Of a stretch of DNA of 64,000 nt, positions 45,701-54,108 are shown in pieces; the first letter of the stretch is position 1; each line of letters begins with the position of its first letter. The stretch is from Verrucomicrobiota bacterium (GTDB lineage Bacteria; Verrucomicrobiota; Verrucomicrobiia; Limisphaerales; CANJXF01). A program made the translations under genes and the position numbers. The notes under the pieces were generated by a model. It ran no database searches, was not told the DNA's origin, and saw only the letters and a list, made by a program, of their open reading frames with translations. The stretch lies in contig JBBQRQ010000002.1 in the NCBI GenBank assembly GCA_038214755.1, positions 1-64,000 of the forward strand, given 5' to 3'.

Positions 45701-45962
45701 GCAGCAGTTTGTTTAGCCCATGAGCCAGTTCTTCTTTCGTGGCGCTTTCGAAGACCGCGAGAGGTTCGTCGGGCGGGAGCAGGAGTTTTATTTTTTCAAG
45801 AAGCCCGTCGGCCGGGTCCTTCAAATGGTCCGCCGCGAAATCCCAGGAGAAAACCATCCTCGCCCCGCCGTGGAGCGCGGCCTGTTCCTGCTCCAACACT
45901 TCGAAGAACGGAACAGGCAGCTTTCTCTTATAGCTGGCGGTGTGGAAAATTTTTGAGAACAC
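42780..45962 (-). CDS. Patatin/cPLA2-like phospholipase, multi-TM
   Basis: ALCFSGGGIRSA, YLSTVSGGGYIG, LSDGGHFENLG; many TM segments. Confidence 0.85.
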   Translation of the reverse strand: MFSKIFHTASYKRKLPVPFFEVLEQEQAALHGGARMVFSWDFAADHLKDPADGLLEKIKLLLPPDEPLAVFESATKEELAHGLNKLLHFPGCLYCHADFPRAGLKKETIAMTGLDLDPTEVARLNRLLLEEAFPEYLKKNSDIYLDQIYRRIHAGEGSSALCFSGGGIRSATFALGVTQGLARRGVLRHFDYLSTVSGGGYIGSWLSSWIHHAGNAESVFEKLKGGKAESVTEPEPGPVSHLRKYSNYLTPKLGLFSADTWVLAAIYLRNLLLNWLVFIPILLALFAVPRVHASLLNLAPPAWVVASGFLLAFLLIAGGMAYSAMNRPAVQDDLKANGGPWFFRRDQNDFLLWCLLPLCGGAICATTAWAWTQSGKPIITENFLLKWFLEIISGTPSAPGVSAAPPKIYNYCWIGAAMHLTGWSISEFFLKRWRSGKASTLVLEFFLAIITGAVGGIFLWCAAAMNIRTVNSAVGLALYGCFAAPVFLSLFLVAATIFIGVSSDVTSDEDREWWARMGAWLLIAIGGWSVFSGLVLFGAAGLLAMPKILGSLGSLTGLFTLIVGHSSGTAANKERKAKDNLFAFVLDKALTLAAPLSLAALVASLSLATGLLLSVAAKKLNPWLAGLENYSQLKPTEDFWWMVSDAPWWLTGAFFGVCAFFGWGLSRFINVNKFSLHAIYRNRLVRAYLGASNPRRDPNPFTGFDPADNLPMQDLRDPINPTLPQRPLHIVNMALNLVTGENLAWQQRKAETFTASTLHCGNFRLGYRFTKHYAQNSGKGGQPKHGISLGTAVAISGAAASPNQGYHSSPMVALLMTFFNVRLGWWLGNPGAMGHDTFHDSSPDSPVHYMVKEGLGLTDSTNPYVYLSDGGHFENLGLYEMVLRRCRLIVVSDAGCDSGCSLEDLGNAIRKIRVDLGVKIDINKFEIFSRADAEGKKIGKYCAVGEIDYGSADTDGKKGTLIYLKPALLGNEPRDIYNYSRCSEEFPHESTSDQWFGETQFESYRALGQRVVEWIYSWKSSSIPQFSQRDEVLADLVKQAYTATETPAAPHIGGLFGREK

Positions 45963-45982
45963 GGGCTAAAAGTTTTTCAAGA

Positions 45983-46061
45983 TTTTCGTAGCCGCTGAAG
46001 TGATGAGGCGGATTTTCGTAAAACCTCCAAATCCGCTTCCTTACGTCAGCGGCTACGAAAA
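45983..46061. repeat. GTAG REP doublet
   Basis: ttttcgtagccgctgaagtgatgaggcggattt ... aaatccgcttccttacgtcagcggctacgaaaa; family of 20956. Confidence 0.8.
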
Positions 46062-46112
46062 TATTCGAGCCATCTTCACGCCAATAACCCCGTTAATTTT
46101 TTCCCAAAAAAA

Positions 46113-46197
46113 TGGTGCGCTTAGCAGGACTTGAACCTGCACGGGTTACCCCACTACCACCTCAAAGTAGCGTGTCTGCCAATTCCACCATAAGCGC
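46113..46197 (-). tRNA. tRNA-Leu (GAG)
   Basis: gcgcttatggtggaattggcagacac-gctac-t-ttGAGgt-ggtag...ggttcaagtcc-tgctaagcgc-acca; long variable arm; encoded CCA. Confidence 0.95.
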
Positions 46198-46283
46198 AGC
46201 GCCGTCAATGAAGCAGCAGGATGCGGAGTCTGCAAGCGCATTTTCCACCTCGGTCCGCAACCGCGCACGGGTCGCGACCAGCC

Positions 46284-46369
46284 GGGTAGCATCTGCCTCC
46301 GGCGGGTGCGAAAATTTTTCAATTCGATGCTCGAAAAAACAACTCAACGTCGAACACCCAACATCGAAA
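46284..46369 (+). repeat. GGGTAGCATCTGCCTCCGGCGGGTGCGA REP followed by degenerate AACATCG heptamers
   Basis: Same REP at 25968, 56195, 60480; caacgtcgaacacccaacatcgaa follows. Confidence 0.75.
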
Positions 46370-46434
46370 TGGATTTGTATTCCGGTTCTGGATTTCCAGT
46401 AGATTTCTTTTTTTGATTCCATTAAACTTTTTTT

Positions 46435-47829
46435 ATGCCAGAGAAAAGTAAGGATCAAGTTTCGCGCGCCCTGCGGGAACAATACGAAAAAGGCGTCACC
46501 AATTTTCAACGTCAGAATTTTGATTACGCCATCGCCATTTTGAATCAGGTCTTGACGCAAGAACCCGGTTTTTACGAATGCCGCCAGGCGTTGCGCGTCA
46601 CCCAATTCAAAAAGGCCGGAGCGACTTCGGGTTTTTTTAAAAAAGTTTTTAGCGGCGCAAGCTCTTCCCCGCTCGTCGCCAAAGGGCAACTCGCCTTGCG
46701 CAATAATCCGCTGCAAGCGATCACCATTGCCGAACAAATTCTCAACACCGATCCCAACAGCGGTTCGGCTCACAAGCTTATTGCTGATGCCGCGCTCGCT
46801 GCCGATTTCCCCAAGACGGCCATTTTATCTTTGGAAATTCTGGTCAAGGCCGCGCCCAAAGATCGCGCGCTGAACGAGGAATTGGCTGAGGCTTACGCGC
46901 GCTCCGGCCAAAACGCCAAAGCGCAGGCGATTTACAGCGACTTGATTCGTCTCTATCCGAACGACCCGAATCTCTTTCAGGCGTTGAAAAATATTTCCGC
47001 CCAACAAACCATGAGCGAGGGCGGTTACGAAACTCTGGCTGACGGCGGCGGCTCTTATCGCGACATTTTGAAAAACAAAGATGAAGCGGTTTCTCTCGAG
47101 CAGGAAAATCGGCAGGTGAAAACGGGGGACGTGGCGGACAAATTGATTCGCGATTATGAAACGCGCATCGAAGCCGACCCGAAAAATTTAAAGCTGCTCC
47201 GCTCGGTGGCCGAACTCTACGCGCAAAAAAAAGAATTTGATAAGGCGCTGAATTATTATCAGAAAATCGTGGCAACAGAAGGCACGACGGATTCTTCCCT
47301 GGAAAAAGCGATCATCGACACCACCATCAAAAAACTCGATCACGCGTTGTCGCAACTCGATCCGCAAACGACGGATTACGCGGAACAAACCGAGCGACTC
47401 AAAGCAGAACGCGACAAGTTTTTCCTCGAAGAATGCAAACGTCGCGCCGAAAAATATCCGAACGATTTGCAAATCCGTTTTGAGCTTGGGCAACTTTATT
47501 TCAAGACGGGAAAATTCGGCGAAGCGATTCAGGAATTGCAAAAAGCGCAGGCCAATCCGCATCGCAAGTTGGCGGCGATGGGTTTGCTCGGCCAATGTTT
47601 TTCCAAACGCGGCATGAACGACATGGCCGCCCGCAAATTGCAGGACGCGCTGAAAGAAAAACTCACCTTCGACGACGAGAAGAAGGAACTCATCTACGCG
47701 CTCGGTTCTGTCCTGGAAAAAATGGGCAAAGCCGACGAAGCGATTGAGCAATTCAAACAAATCTACGAAGTGGACATCGGCTACAAAGACGTCGCGGCGA
47801 AGGTCGATGCGTATTACGGGGGGAAATAA
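46435..47829 (+). CDS. Tetratricopeptide repeat protein
   Basis: Repeated A/LG..Y...G....A helical TPR pattern; YEVDIGYKDV tail. Confidence 0.88.
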   Translation: MPEKSKDQVSRALREQYEKGVTNFQRQNFDYAIAILNQVLTQEPGFYECRQALRVTQFKKAGATSGFFKKVFSGASSSPLVAKGQLALRNNPLQAITIAEQILNTDPNSGSAHKLIADAALAADFPKTAILSLEILVKAAPKDRALNEELAEAYARSGQNAKAQAIYSDLIRLYPNDPNLFQALKNISAQQTMSEGGYETLADGGGSYRDILKNKDEAVSLEQENRQVKTGDVADKLIRDYETRIEADPKNLKLLRSVAELYAQKKEFDKALNYYQKIVATEGTTDSSLEKAIIDTTIKKLDHALSQLDPQTTDYAEQTERLKAERDKFFLEECKRRAEKYPNDLQIRFELGQLYFKTGKFGEAIQELQKAQANPHRKLAAMGLLGQCFSKRGMNDMAARKLQDALKEKLTFDDEKKELIYALGSVLEKMGKADEAIEQFKQIYEVDIGYKDVAAKVDAYYGGK

Positions 47830-47878
47830 ATCTCGATCTGGCTCGCGCGGTTTGACAGGAAGCGGTATCCCTTTTCCG

Positions 47879-48019
47879 ATGAAAAATTCATGGTTGAACG
47901 AATTGCTGGAAACGGTGGAAACGCTGGAAATTGTTTCGGACGCAAACGCGATGAAGGCCATTCAGGACGCCGAGGCTGGCCGTGGAAAAGTATATGACGT
48001 AAAGGATTTGCCGGAGTGA
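47879..48019 (+). CDS. Short Phd/YefM-like antitoxin (C-terminal domain only)
   Basis: LLETVETLEIVSDANAMKAIQDAEAGRGKVY; GTGA overlap with a following truncated ORF. Confidence 0.55.
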   Translation: MKNSWLNELLETVETLEIVSDANAMKAIQDAEAGRGKVYDVKDLPE

Positions 48020-48103
48020 ATTACCGGGTCAAAGTTTGGGAGCAGGTCTGGGAATTTGGTTCTTCGACATTTTCAGTGGAACAGAGTCCGGTTGTTCCCA
48101 AAA

Positions 48104-48201
48104 AGCGGTGGAGGGCCACCGCAGTCCAAGACGCTCTCGCGCGATTGATGCGCCATCGAAATTCGCGCGAGCGTCTTGGACTGCGGTGGCCCTCCACCGC
48201 T
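48104..48201. repeat. Near-perfect GGACTGCG-type REP inverted pair
   Basis: agcggtggagggccaccgcagtccaagacgctc ... gagcgtcttggactgcggtggccctccaccgct. Confidence 0.85.
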
Positions 48202-48290
48202 CTGGCCACGACGACCGCAAAGCTCCGCCGACCTAACCTTTGGATCATTGAGCAAAGGCTCGGGACTCTTTTTCAGAGGCGCACACGGAG

Positions 48291-48899
48291 ATGATTTCCG
48301 AAACGGAATTAATCAGGCGCTGCCGGCAAGGAGAGTCAGCGGCGTGGGATGAATTGTTTGATCGGCATTACGCCGCAACCGCGCGGTTTATTTTCCAGTT
48401 GTCTCCTGATGTTTCGCGCGAAGACGCCGAAGAAATTTGTCAGGAAGTTTTTTTGTCCGTCATAAAAAATCTCGCGACCTTTCATGGCGGGAGCCAATTG
48501 CAAACCTGGATTTTTCGCATCGCGTCGAACAAAACGCGGGACTTTCGCGAGAAACAGCGAGCGGCTAAAAGAGGCGGAGGCGTCGCGCCCATTTCGTTGC
48601 AGGCCGAAAATATTGAAACAGGATTAACGCTTGATCCGGCAAGTTTGTTGCCCGGCCCCGATGAAATTTTGTCGAGCGCCGAACAAGCGCGACAGGTCAC
48701 CGCCGCTCTGGAAAAGCTGGAGCAACCTTGCCACGAAATTATTCATCTGCGTTACTTCGCCGACTTGAGCTACCAGGAGATTTCCTGCGAGTTGAAGTTG
48801 AACGAAAAAACGGTCAGCTCGCGTTTGAGCAAGTGCCTTGATCAATTGGAAAAAATTCTTCTCTCCAGCGAGGAGAGGAAAACCAGTTTTCCCGTCTAA
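48291..48899 (+). CDS. ECF sigma-70 factor
   Basis: DAEEICQEVF, TWIFRIASN, LSYQEI..L.....TVSSRL. Confidence 0.93.
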   Translation: MISETELIRRCRQGESAAWDELFDRHYAATARFIFQLSPDVSREDAEEICQEVFLSVIKNLATFHGGSQLQTWIFRIASNKTRDFREKQRAAKRGGGVAPISLQAENIETGLTLDPASLLPGPDEILSSAEQARQVTAALEKLEQPCHEIIHLRYFADLSYQEISCELKLNEKTVSSRLSKCLDQLEKILLSSEERKTSFPV

Positions 48900-48905
48900 C
48901 TTGAT

Positions 48906-50009
48906 ATGCCAGAGGAGCCGAACAAAAAAATGGAGGAGTTGCTCAAGCGCCACGCGCAGGAGCTTCGCGAAAAAGCGACGGCTGATTTCGAGTTGCATCC
49001 GGCGACGCGCAGAATTTTGCAGGACGAAGCGTCGCGAGTTTATCCGAGCGAGATCGCGAAACCTTCGCGAAAAAATTTCGTTTGGTTCTGGCCGCGGCTC
49101 GCTGTCGCCGGTGTTTTTACCGCTTTGTTTGCGGTGATGTTGCTGCAATTGAACTCGCCCAGAAATCGTTCGCTCCCATCCGTTTCTTCAATGCGAAAGG
49201 CAAAGGATTTCTCCGGTGCGCCCGTACTGGAACAGCCAGGAGAAGGGCCAAAAAGGTTTTTCTCTGCGGCTGCCGATAAAGCGGAATTGTCACAGATTTC
49301 TCCCGCGACTCCTCCGTCAAGTTCTTTAGCCACGCGTCGGGAATTTGGCGCAGTCGGGGGTGTCAGCGGATTGGCCACGGAGGCGAATCAGGCGAAGCAA
49401 TCGTCGGATGATGCGAATCGCTCAATTACTGCCTCTAGCGAACTTGACACTTTGGCCGCAACCAAATCTGTCCCACGCGGAGACACAGCGGAAAATTCTT
49501 CGCTCCCAGCGCCCGCGTCCACGATAAATCCAAGGCAGGCGGCCCCGGACAAGTCTGACACCAATGCTTTGTTGCCTAATCGACGCCAATTTGTGCGCCA
49601 GGATCTGCGCGCCAGCTATCGACAAAATCTTTTGTCCCCAGCGCAACCAAAAATTCTGGAGACGTTTGAACTGGCGCAAGCGGGAAATAAAATTCAATTG
49701 ATCGACAGTGACGGTTCGGTTTACGAGGGAGAAATCGTTGACGCGAGCGCAGACGTTTCATCCGGCAGCGAGTTGAAAAGAAAGGAACCCTCGCGATTCG
49801 GCTTTCGAGTTTCTGGAAAAAACCTTCATCTCAATCAGACGGTGACTTTCAGTGGGAGGCTTGAGGAAACAACCAAGGCTTCGACGAAAGACAGATCGAA
49901 AATTTCAGAGGAATTTAAAACAGGACAAACAAATAGAACGCTTCACGGAAAGATTTCTATTGGCGGAACAAACGAGTTTGAAATCCAGGCTATCGAATTG
50001 CCGCGATGA
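48906..50009 (+). CDS. Putative anti-sigma factor (single TM)
   Basis: Directly follows the ECF; N-terminal helical domain, TM helix, low-complexity periplasmic part. Confidence 0.7.
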   Translation: MPEEPNKKMEELLKRHAQELREKATADFELHPATRRILQDEASRVYPSEIAKPSRKNFVWFWPRLAVAGVFTALFAVMLLQLNSPRNRSLPSVSSMRKAKDFSGAPVLEQPGEGPKRFFSAAADKAELSQISPATPPSSSLATRREFGAVGGVSGLATEANQAKQSSDDANRSITASSELDTLAATKSVPRGDTAENSSLPAPASTINPRQAAPDKSDTNALLPNRRQFVRQDLRASYRQNLLSPAQPKILETFELAQAGNKIQLIDSDGSVYEGEIVDASADVSSGSELKRKEPSRFGFRVSGKNLHLNQTVTFSGRLEETTKASTKDRSKISEEFKTGQTNRTLHGKISIGGTNEFEIQAIELPR

Positions 50010-50029
50010 CTTGCAGACATTCCGAGCGA

Positions 50030-50104
50030 GGTAGGGCGGGCCAGTCCTCTGCCCGCCGCTATTTTAAGGCGAGACAAGGCGGCAGAGGACTGACCCGCCC
50101 TACC
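50030..50104. repeat. GTAG REP doublet
   Basis: ggtagggcgggccagtcctctgcccgcc ... ggcggcagaggactgacccgccctacc. Confidence 0.82.
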
Positions 50105-50162
50105 TTTTGGTTTGCAAAAAATGGTTTGCCTCACCAGCGGTTCAGTTGGAAAATATTTTCCC

Positions 50163-50837
50163 ATGGCGAAGCTTCTAAAAATTCCGCGACGATTTCGTTT
50201 CGAGCATGGCCTGTTGCAAAATGGCATCACACAAATCGCCGGCATCGACGAAGCGGGCCGCGGGCCACTGGCCGGGCCAGTGGTGGCGGCGGCGGTTCTT
50301 CTGCCGGTGGATTGGATTCTTGGCGGCCTTCCGAAGAAGTTGAAAAAGACCAACGACTCCAAACAACTCAATCATCAGGAGCGTGAAAATCTTTTCGCCG
50401 AACTCACGGCGCATTCTGCGATTCGCTACGGCGTCGGGCATGTTGATGAACGGATGATCGATCAAATCAATATTTTGCAAGCGACCCATCGCGCCATGAA
50501 TTTCGCGCTGGCGCAACTCGATCCTTTTCCGCAGCACGCGCTGGTCGATGGCTTGCCCGTCAAAACTCTCTGTTGTCCGCAAACGGCGATTGTCGATGGC
50601 GATTGCCTCAGCTACTCCATCGCGGCGGCGAGCATCATCGCGAAAGTCACGCGCGACCGGATGATGATCGCGTATCACGAAGCTTTTCCGCTCTACGGTT
50701 TTCACGAGCACAAAGGGTATGGGACGCCGGAGCATGTCGCCGCTCTCAAACAGCACGGGCCATGTCCGATTCATCGAATGACATTTTCTCCAATTCGACC
50801 GGAGCAAACGGAATTTTACGGGCAGAACGAAATCTGA
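50163..50837 (+). CDS. rnhB: Ribonuclease HII
   Basis: GIDEAGRGPLAGPV, DSKQL, INILQA, SIAAASIIAKVTRD, HKGYGT. Confidence 0.97.
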   Translation: MAKLLKIPRRFRFEHGLLQNGITQIAGIDEAGRGPLAGPVVAAAVLLPVDWILGGLPKKLKKTNDSKQLNHQERENLFAELTAHSAIRYGVGHVDERMIDQINILQATHRAMNFALAQLDPFPQHALVDGLPVKTLCCPQTAIVDGDCLSYSIAAASIIAKVTRDRMMIAYHEAFPLYGFHEHKGYGTPEHVAALKQHGPCPIHRMTFSPIRPEQTEFYGQNEI

Positions 50838-50850
50838 TTCGAGGGAAGGA

Positions 50851-50940
50851 GTAGTGGGGCAGTGCTTCCAGCCTGCCATCTTTAAAAATTTTTGGTCAGG
50901 TCACAAAACAAAAGTCAGGCTGGAAGCTCTGCCCCACTAC
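50851..50940. repeat. GTAG REP doublet
   Basis: gtagtggggcagtgcttccagcctg ... caggctggaagctctgccccactac. Confidence 0.82.
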
Positions 50941-50948
50941 TTTCTTCC

Positions 50949-51377
50949 ATGAATTTTCTCCAACAAATGAAATCGTTGTTCGCCGGAAAAATTTTGCCGG
51001 AACATTTGCGGCGTGGCGCGCTCGGCGAAAAGGCGGCAAAAAAATATTTGCAGAAAAACGGATTGAAATTTCTTTGCGCCAATTACCGCTCCGCTCGCGG
51101 CGAAATGGATTTGGTTTTTCGCGAAGGCGATTGCCTGGTGTTCGTCGAAGTAAAAACTCGTTCCTCAGAAGGTTGGACCCGCCCCGCTGCCGCCGTGAAC
51201 GCGCGTAAGCGAAAACTTCTTTCCGGCTGCGCGCTGGATTATTTGCAACTGCTGAAAAATCCCGAGCTGAAATTGCGTTTCGACATTGTGGAAGTTTTGT
51301 TGAGCGACGGCGCGGTGCGCGAGATTCGCCATTTGCCGAATACGTTCACGCTCTCAAAACCGTATCGTTACGGATAA
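50949..51377 (+). CDS. yraN: YraN (UPF0102) family protein
   Basis: GALGE..A..YL, GEMDLV...LVFVEVKTR, RFDIV; follows rnhB. Confidence 0.92.
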   Translation: MNFLQQMKSLFAGKILPEHLRRGALGEKAAKKYLQKNGLKFLCANYRSARGEMDLVFREGDCLVFVEVKTRSSEGWTRPAAAVNARKRKLLSGCALDYLQLLKNPELKLRFDIVEVLLSDGAVREIRHLPNTFTLSKPYRYG

Positions 51378-51401
51378 AAATCTTAAAAACATCTTCACCT
51401 T

Positions 51402-51487
51402 GTAGGAGACGACGTGAGGAGTCTCTGACTAAAATTGGCCGATCCTGCGCTTCGTAAAAATCAGAGTCTTTTCACGTCGTCTCCTAC
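51402..51487. repeat. GTAG REP doublet
   Basis: gtaggagacgacgtgaggagtctctga ... tcagagtcttttcacgtcgtctcctac. Confidence 0.82.
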
Positions 51488-51554
51488 GGTGAGAAATTCG
51501 GGATCGTTGAAAATAGAAATAGGCGCGGAAGAGCATGATGCTACGATGCCAGCC

Positions 51555-54002
51555 ATGAAACCTTTCCCCAATAAAGTTACGCTCCTGCTATTTACCTTTG
51601 TCCTGCTCCTGACGGGCGGCGCGGAAGCGGTGCGCGGGCAATCCGCCCTCGACGGTTTCGACCCGAACGCCAACGGCGAGGTCCGCGTCGTCGTCGTCCA
51701 ACCGGACGGCAAGATTCTTCTCGGCGGCGATTTTACCACCCTCTCACCAAACGGCGGGGCGGCGGTCACGCGCAACCGCATCGCGCGTTTCAACCCGGAC
51801 GGAACGCTCGACACGGCTTTTAACCCGAACGCGAGCAATAATGTCTATTCAATCGCGTTGCAGTCGGACGGCAAGATTCTGGTCGGCGGCTTATTCGGCG
51901 GCGCGAACAGCATCGGCGGGGCGACGCGCAATTATATCGCGCGACTCAATGCGACAACCGGATTGGCTGATTCGTTTAACCCGAACGCGAACAATTCTGT
52001 CAATTCAATCGTGGTGCAGTCGGACGGGAAGATTCTGGTCGGCGGCGCATTCGGCGGCGCAAACGGCATCGGCGGGGCGACGCGCAATCGTATCGCGCGA
52101 CTCAGTGCCACAACCGGATTGGCTGATTCGTTTGACCCGAACGCGAACAATGTTGTCAATTCAATCGCGGTGCAGTCGGACGGCAAGATTCTAGCGGGCG
52201 GCAATTTCTTCGGCGCAAACAGCATCGGTGGGGCGACGCGCAATCGTATCGCGCGACTCGATGCGGTGACCGGGTTGGCTGATTCGTTTGACCCGAACGC
52301 GAACAGCACTGTCAATTCAATCGCGTTGCAGTCGGACGGGAAGATTCTCGTTGGCGGCTTTTTCAACGGCGCAAACAGCATCGGCGGGGAAGCGCGCAAT
52401 CGTATCGCGCGACTCAGTGCGACAACCGGATTGGCTGATTCGTTTGACCCGAACGCGAACAATGCTGTCGAATCAATCACGGTGCAGTCGGACGGGAAGA
52501 TTCTCGTCGGCGGCTTTTTCATCGGCGCAAACAGCATCGGCGGGGCGACGCGCAATCGTATCGCGCGACTCGATGCGACAACCGGATTGGCAGATTCGTT
52601 TGACCCGAACGCGAACAGTGTTGTCTATTCAATCGCGGTGCAGTCGGACGGCAAGATTCTGGTCGGCGGCTTATTCGTCGGCGCAAACGGCATCGGCGGA
52701 GCAACGCGTAATTATATCGCCCGACTCGAACGCGACGGTACGCTCGACAAGACGCTCGATCCGAATACGGTCGGCACTTTTGTTACCGCCACCGCCGTTC
52801 AGCCGGACGGCAAAGTCATCATCGGCGGCGATTTTACAAGCGTTCTCGGACAACCGCGCAATCGCATCGCCCGTTTGAACGCCGACGGAACGCTCGACAC
52901 GGTTTTCAACCCGAACGCGAACAGTTCTGTCAATTCAATCGCGGTGCAGTCGGACGGCAAGATTCTGGTCGGGGGTACTTTCAGCGGCGCAAACAGCATC
53001 GGCGGAGCGACGCGCAATTATATCGCGCGACTCAGTGCGACAACCGGATTGGCTGATTCGTTTAACCCGAACGCGAACGACACTGTCTATTCAATCGCGG
53101 TGCAGTCGGACGGCAAGATTCTGGTCGGCGGCGTATTCGTCGGCGCAAACAGCATCGGCGGGGCGACGCGCAATCGTATCGCGCGAATAGATGCGGTGAC
53201 CGGGTTGGCTGATTCGTTTGACCCGAACGCGAACGGCGTTGTCATATCAATCGCGGTGCAGTCGGACGGCAAGATTTTAGTGGGCGGCTTATTCAACGGC
53301 GCAAACGGCATCGGCGGAGCAACGCGCAATCGTATCGCGCGAATAGATGCGACAACCGGATTGGCTGATTCGTTTGACCCGAACGCGAACGCCATTGTCT
53401 ATTCAATCGCGTTGCAGTCGGACGGCAAGATTCTGGCGGGCGGCGAATTCACCAACATCGGCGGACAGACGCGCAGCCTTTTCGCACGTTTGAGTAACGA
53501 CACCGCCGCGCTGCAAAACCTCGCCGTGACCCAAACCACCATTACCTGGACGCGCGGCGGCTCCAGCCCGAAATTCGCGCGGGTTACCTTTGAGTATTCA
53601 ACCGACAATGTGAACTACACTCCCTTGGGCAACGGCACGGCAGCCGGGAGCAACTGGACCCTGACAGGTTTGAGCCTCTCCACCGGACAGAACATCTACC
53701 TCCGCGCGCGCGGTTATTATCGCAGCGGCTACCTCAACGGCTCGGAGAGCATCACGGAATCGGTGCGGAATGCGTTTCTGAGCGCGACGCTACAGCCGCT
53801 CTTGAATATCCAACGCAGCGCGAACACGAATGTCGTGCTGTCGTGGGCGACGAACTTCACCGGCTTCACCCTGGAGTCCAACACCAACCTCAACACGAAT
53901 GTCTGGAGCGTCGTCTCGCCCGCGCCCACTGTCAGCGGCACGAACAACGTTGTGACGAATGCCATCGGCGGATCGACGCGCTTCTACCGCTTGCGCCAAT
54001 GA
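51555..54002 (+). CDS. Secreted delta-60 repeat beta-propeller protein
   Basis: Signal peptide; repeated SIAVQSDGKILVGG.F...RNRIARL...DSFDPNAN; C-terminal VVLSW...FTLES...W...RFYRL domain. Confidence 0.9.
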   Translation: MKPFPNKVTLLLFTFVLLLTGGAEAVRGQSALDGFDPNANGEVRVVVVQPDGKILLGGDFTTLSPNGGAAVTRNRIARFNPDGTLDTAFNPNASNNVYSIALQSDGKILVGGLFGGANSIGGATRNYIARLNATTGLADSFNPNANNSVNSIVVQSDGKILVGGAFGGANGIGGATRNRIARLSATTGLADSFDPNANNVVNSIAVQSDGKILAGGNFFGANSIGGATRNRIARLDAVTGLADSFDPNANSTVNSIALQSDGKILVGGFFNGANSIGGEARNRIARLSATTGLADSFDPNANNAVESITVQSDGKILVGGFFIGANSIGGATRNRIARLDATTGLADSFDPNANSVVYSIAVQSDGKILVGGLFVGANGIGGATRNYIARLERDGTLDKTLDPNTVGTFVTATAVQPDGKVIIGGDFTSVLGQPRNRIARLNADGTLDTVFNPNANSSVNSIAVQSDGKILVGGTFSGANSIGGATRNYIARLSATTGLADSFNPNANDTVYSIAVQSDGKILVGGVFVGANSIGGATRNRIARIDAVTGLADSFDPNANGVVISIAVQSDGKILVGGLFNGANGIGGATRNRIARIDATTGLADSFDPNANAIVYSIALQSDGKILAGGEFTNIGGQTRSLFARLSNDTAALQNLAVTQTTITWTRGGSSPKFARVTFEYSTDNVNYTPLGNGTAAGSNWTLTGLSLSTGQNIYLRARGYYRSGYLNGSESITESVRNAFLSATLQPLLNIQRSANTNVVLSWATNFTGFTLESNTNLNTNVWSVVSPAPTVSGTNNVVTNAIGGSTRFYRLRQ
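51822..53460 (+). repeat. Ten near-identical 156-bp (52-aa) intragenic repeats in two blocks
   Basis: Unit starts at 51822, 51978, 52134, 52290, 52446, 52602 and 52908, 53064, 53220, 53376. Confidence 0.92.
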
Positions 54003-54108
54003 AAAGTAGGGCAGCGCGTCTCGCCTGCCCAGCTGAACGCGTCAGCGTGAGCGTAATGAAATTTTGTTTCCCACATGGGAAGGCAGGCTGGAAGCACTGC
54101 CCTACTTT
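54003..54108. repeat. GTAG REP doublet between convergent genes
   Basis: aaagtagggcagcgcgtctcgcctgcc ... ggcaggctggaagcactgccctacttt. Confidence 0.78.

Noticed and set aside
42214..46197. Genomic island integrated at tRNA-Leu
   Set aside because: No integrase and no same-strand duplicate of the tRNA 3' end found; gcgcacca at ~42434 is short, on the wrong strand, and part of the kinase fragment
51822..53460. CRISPR array or complete DGR cassette
   Set aside because: The repeats are in-frame coding units without spacers; no reverse transcriptase or separate template repeat in the window
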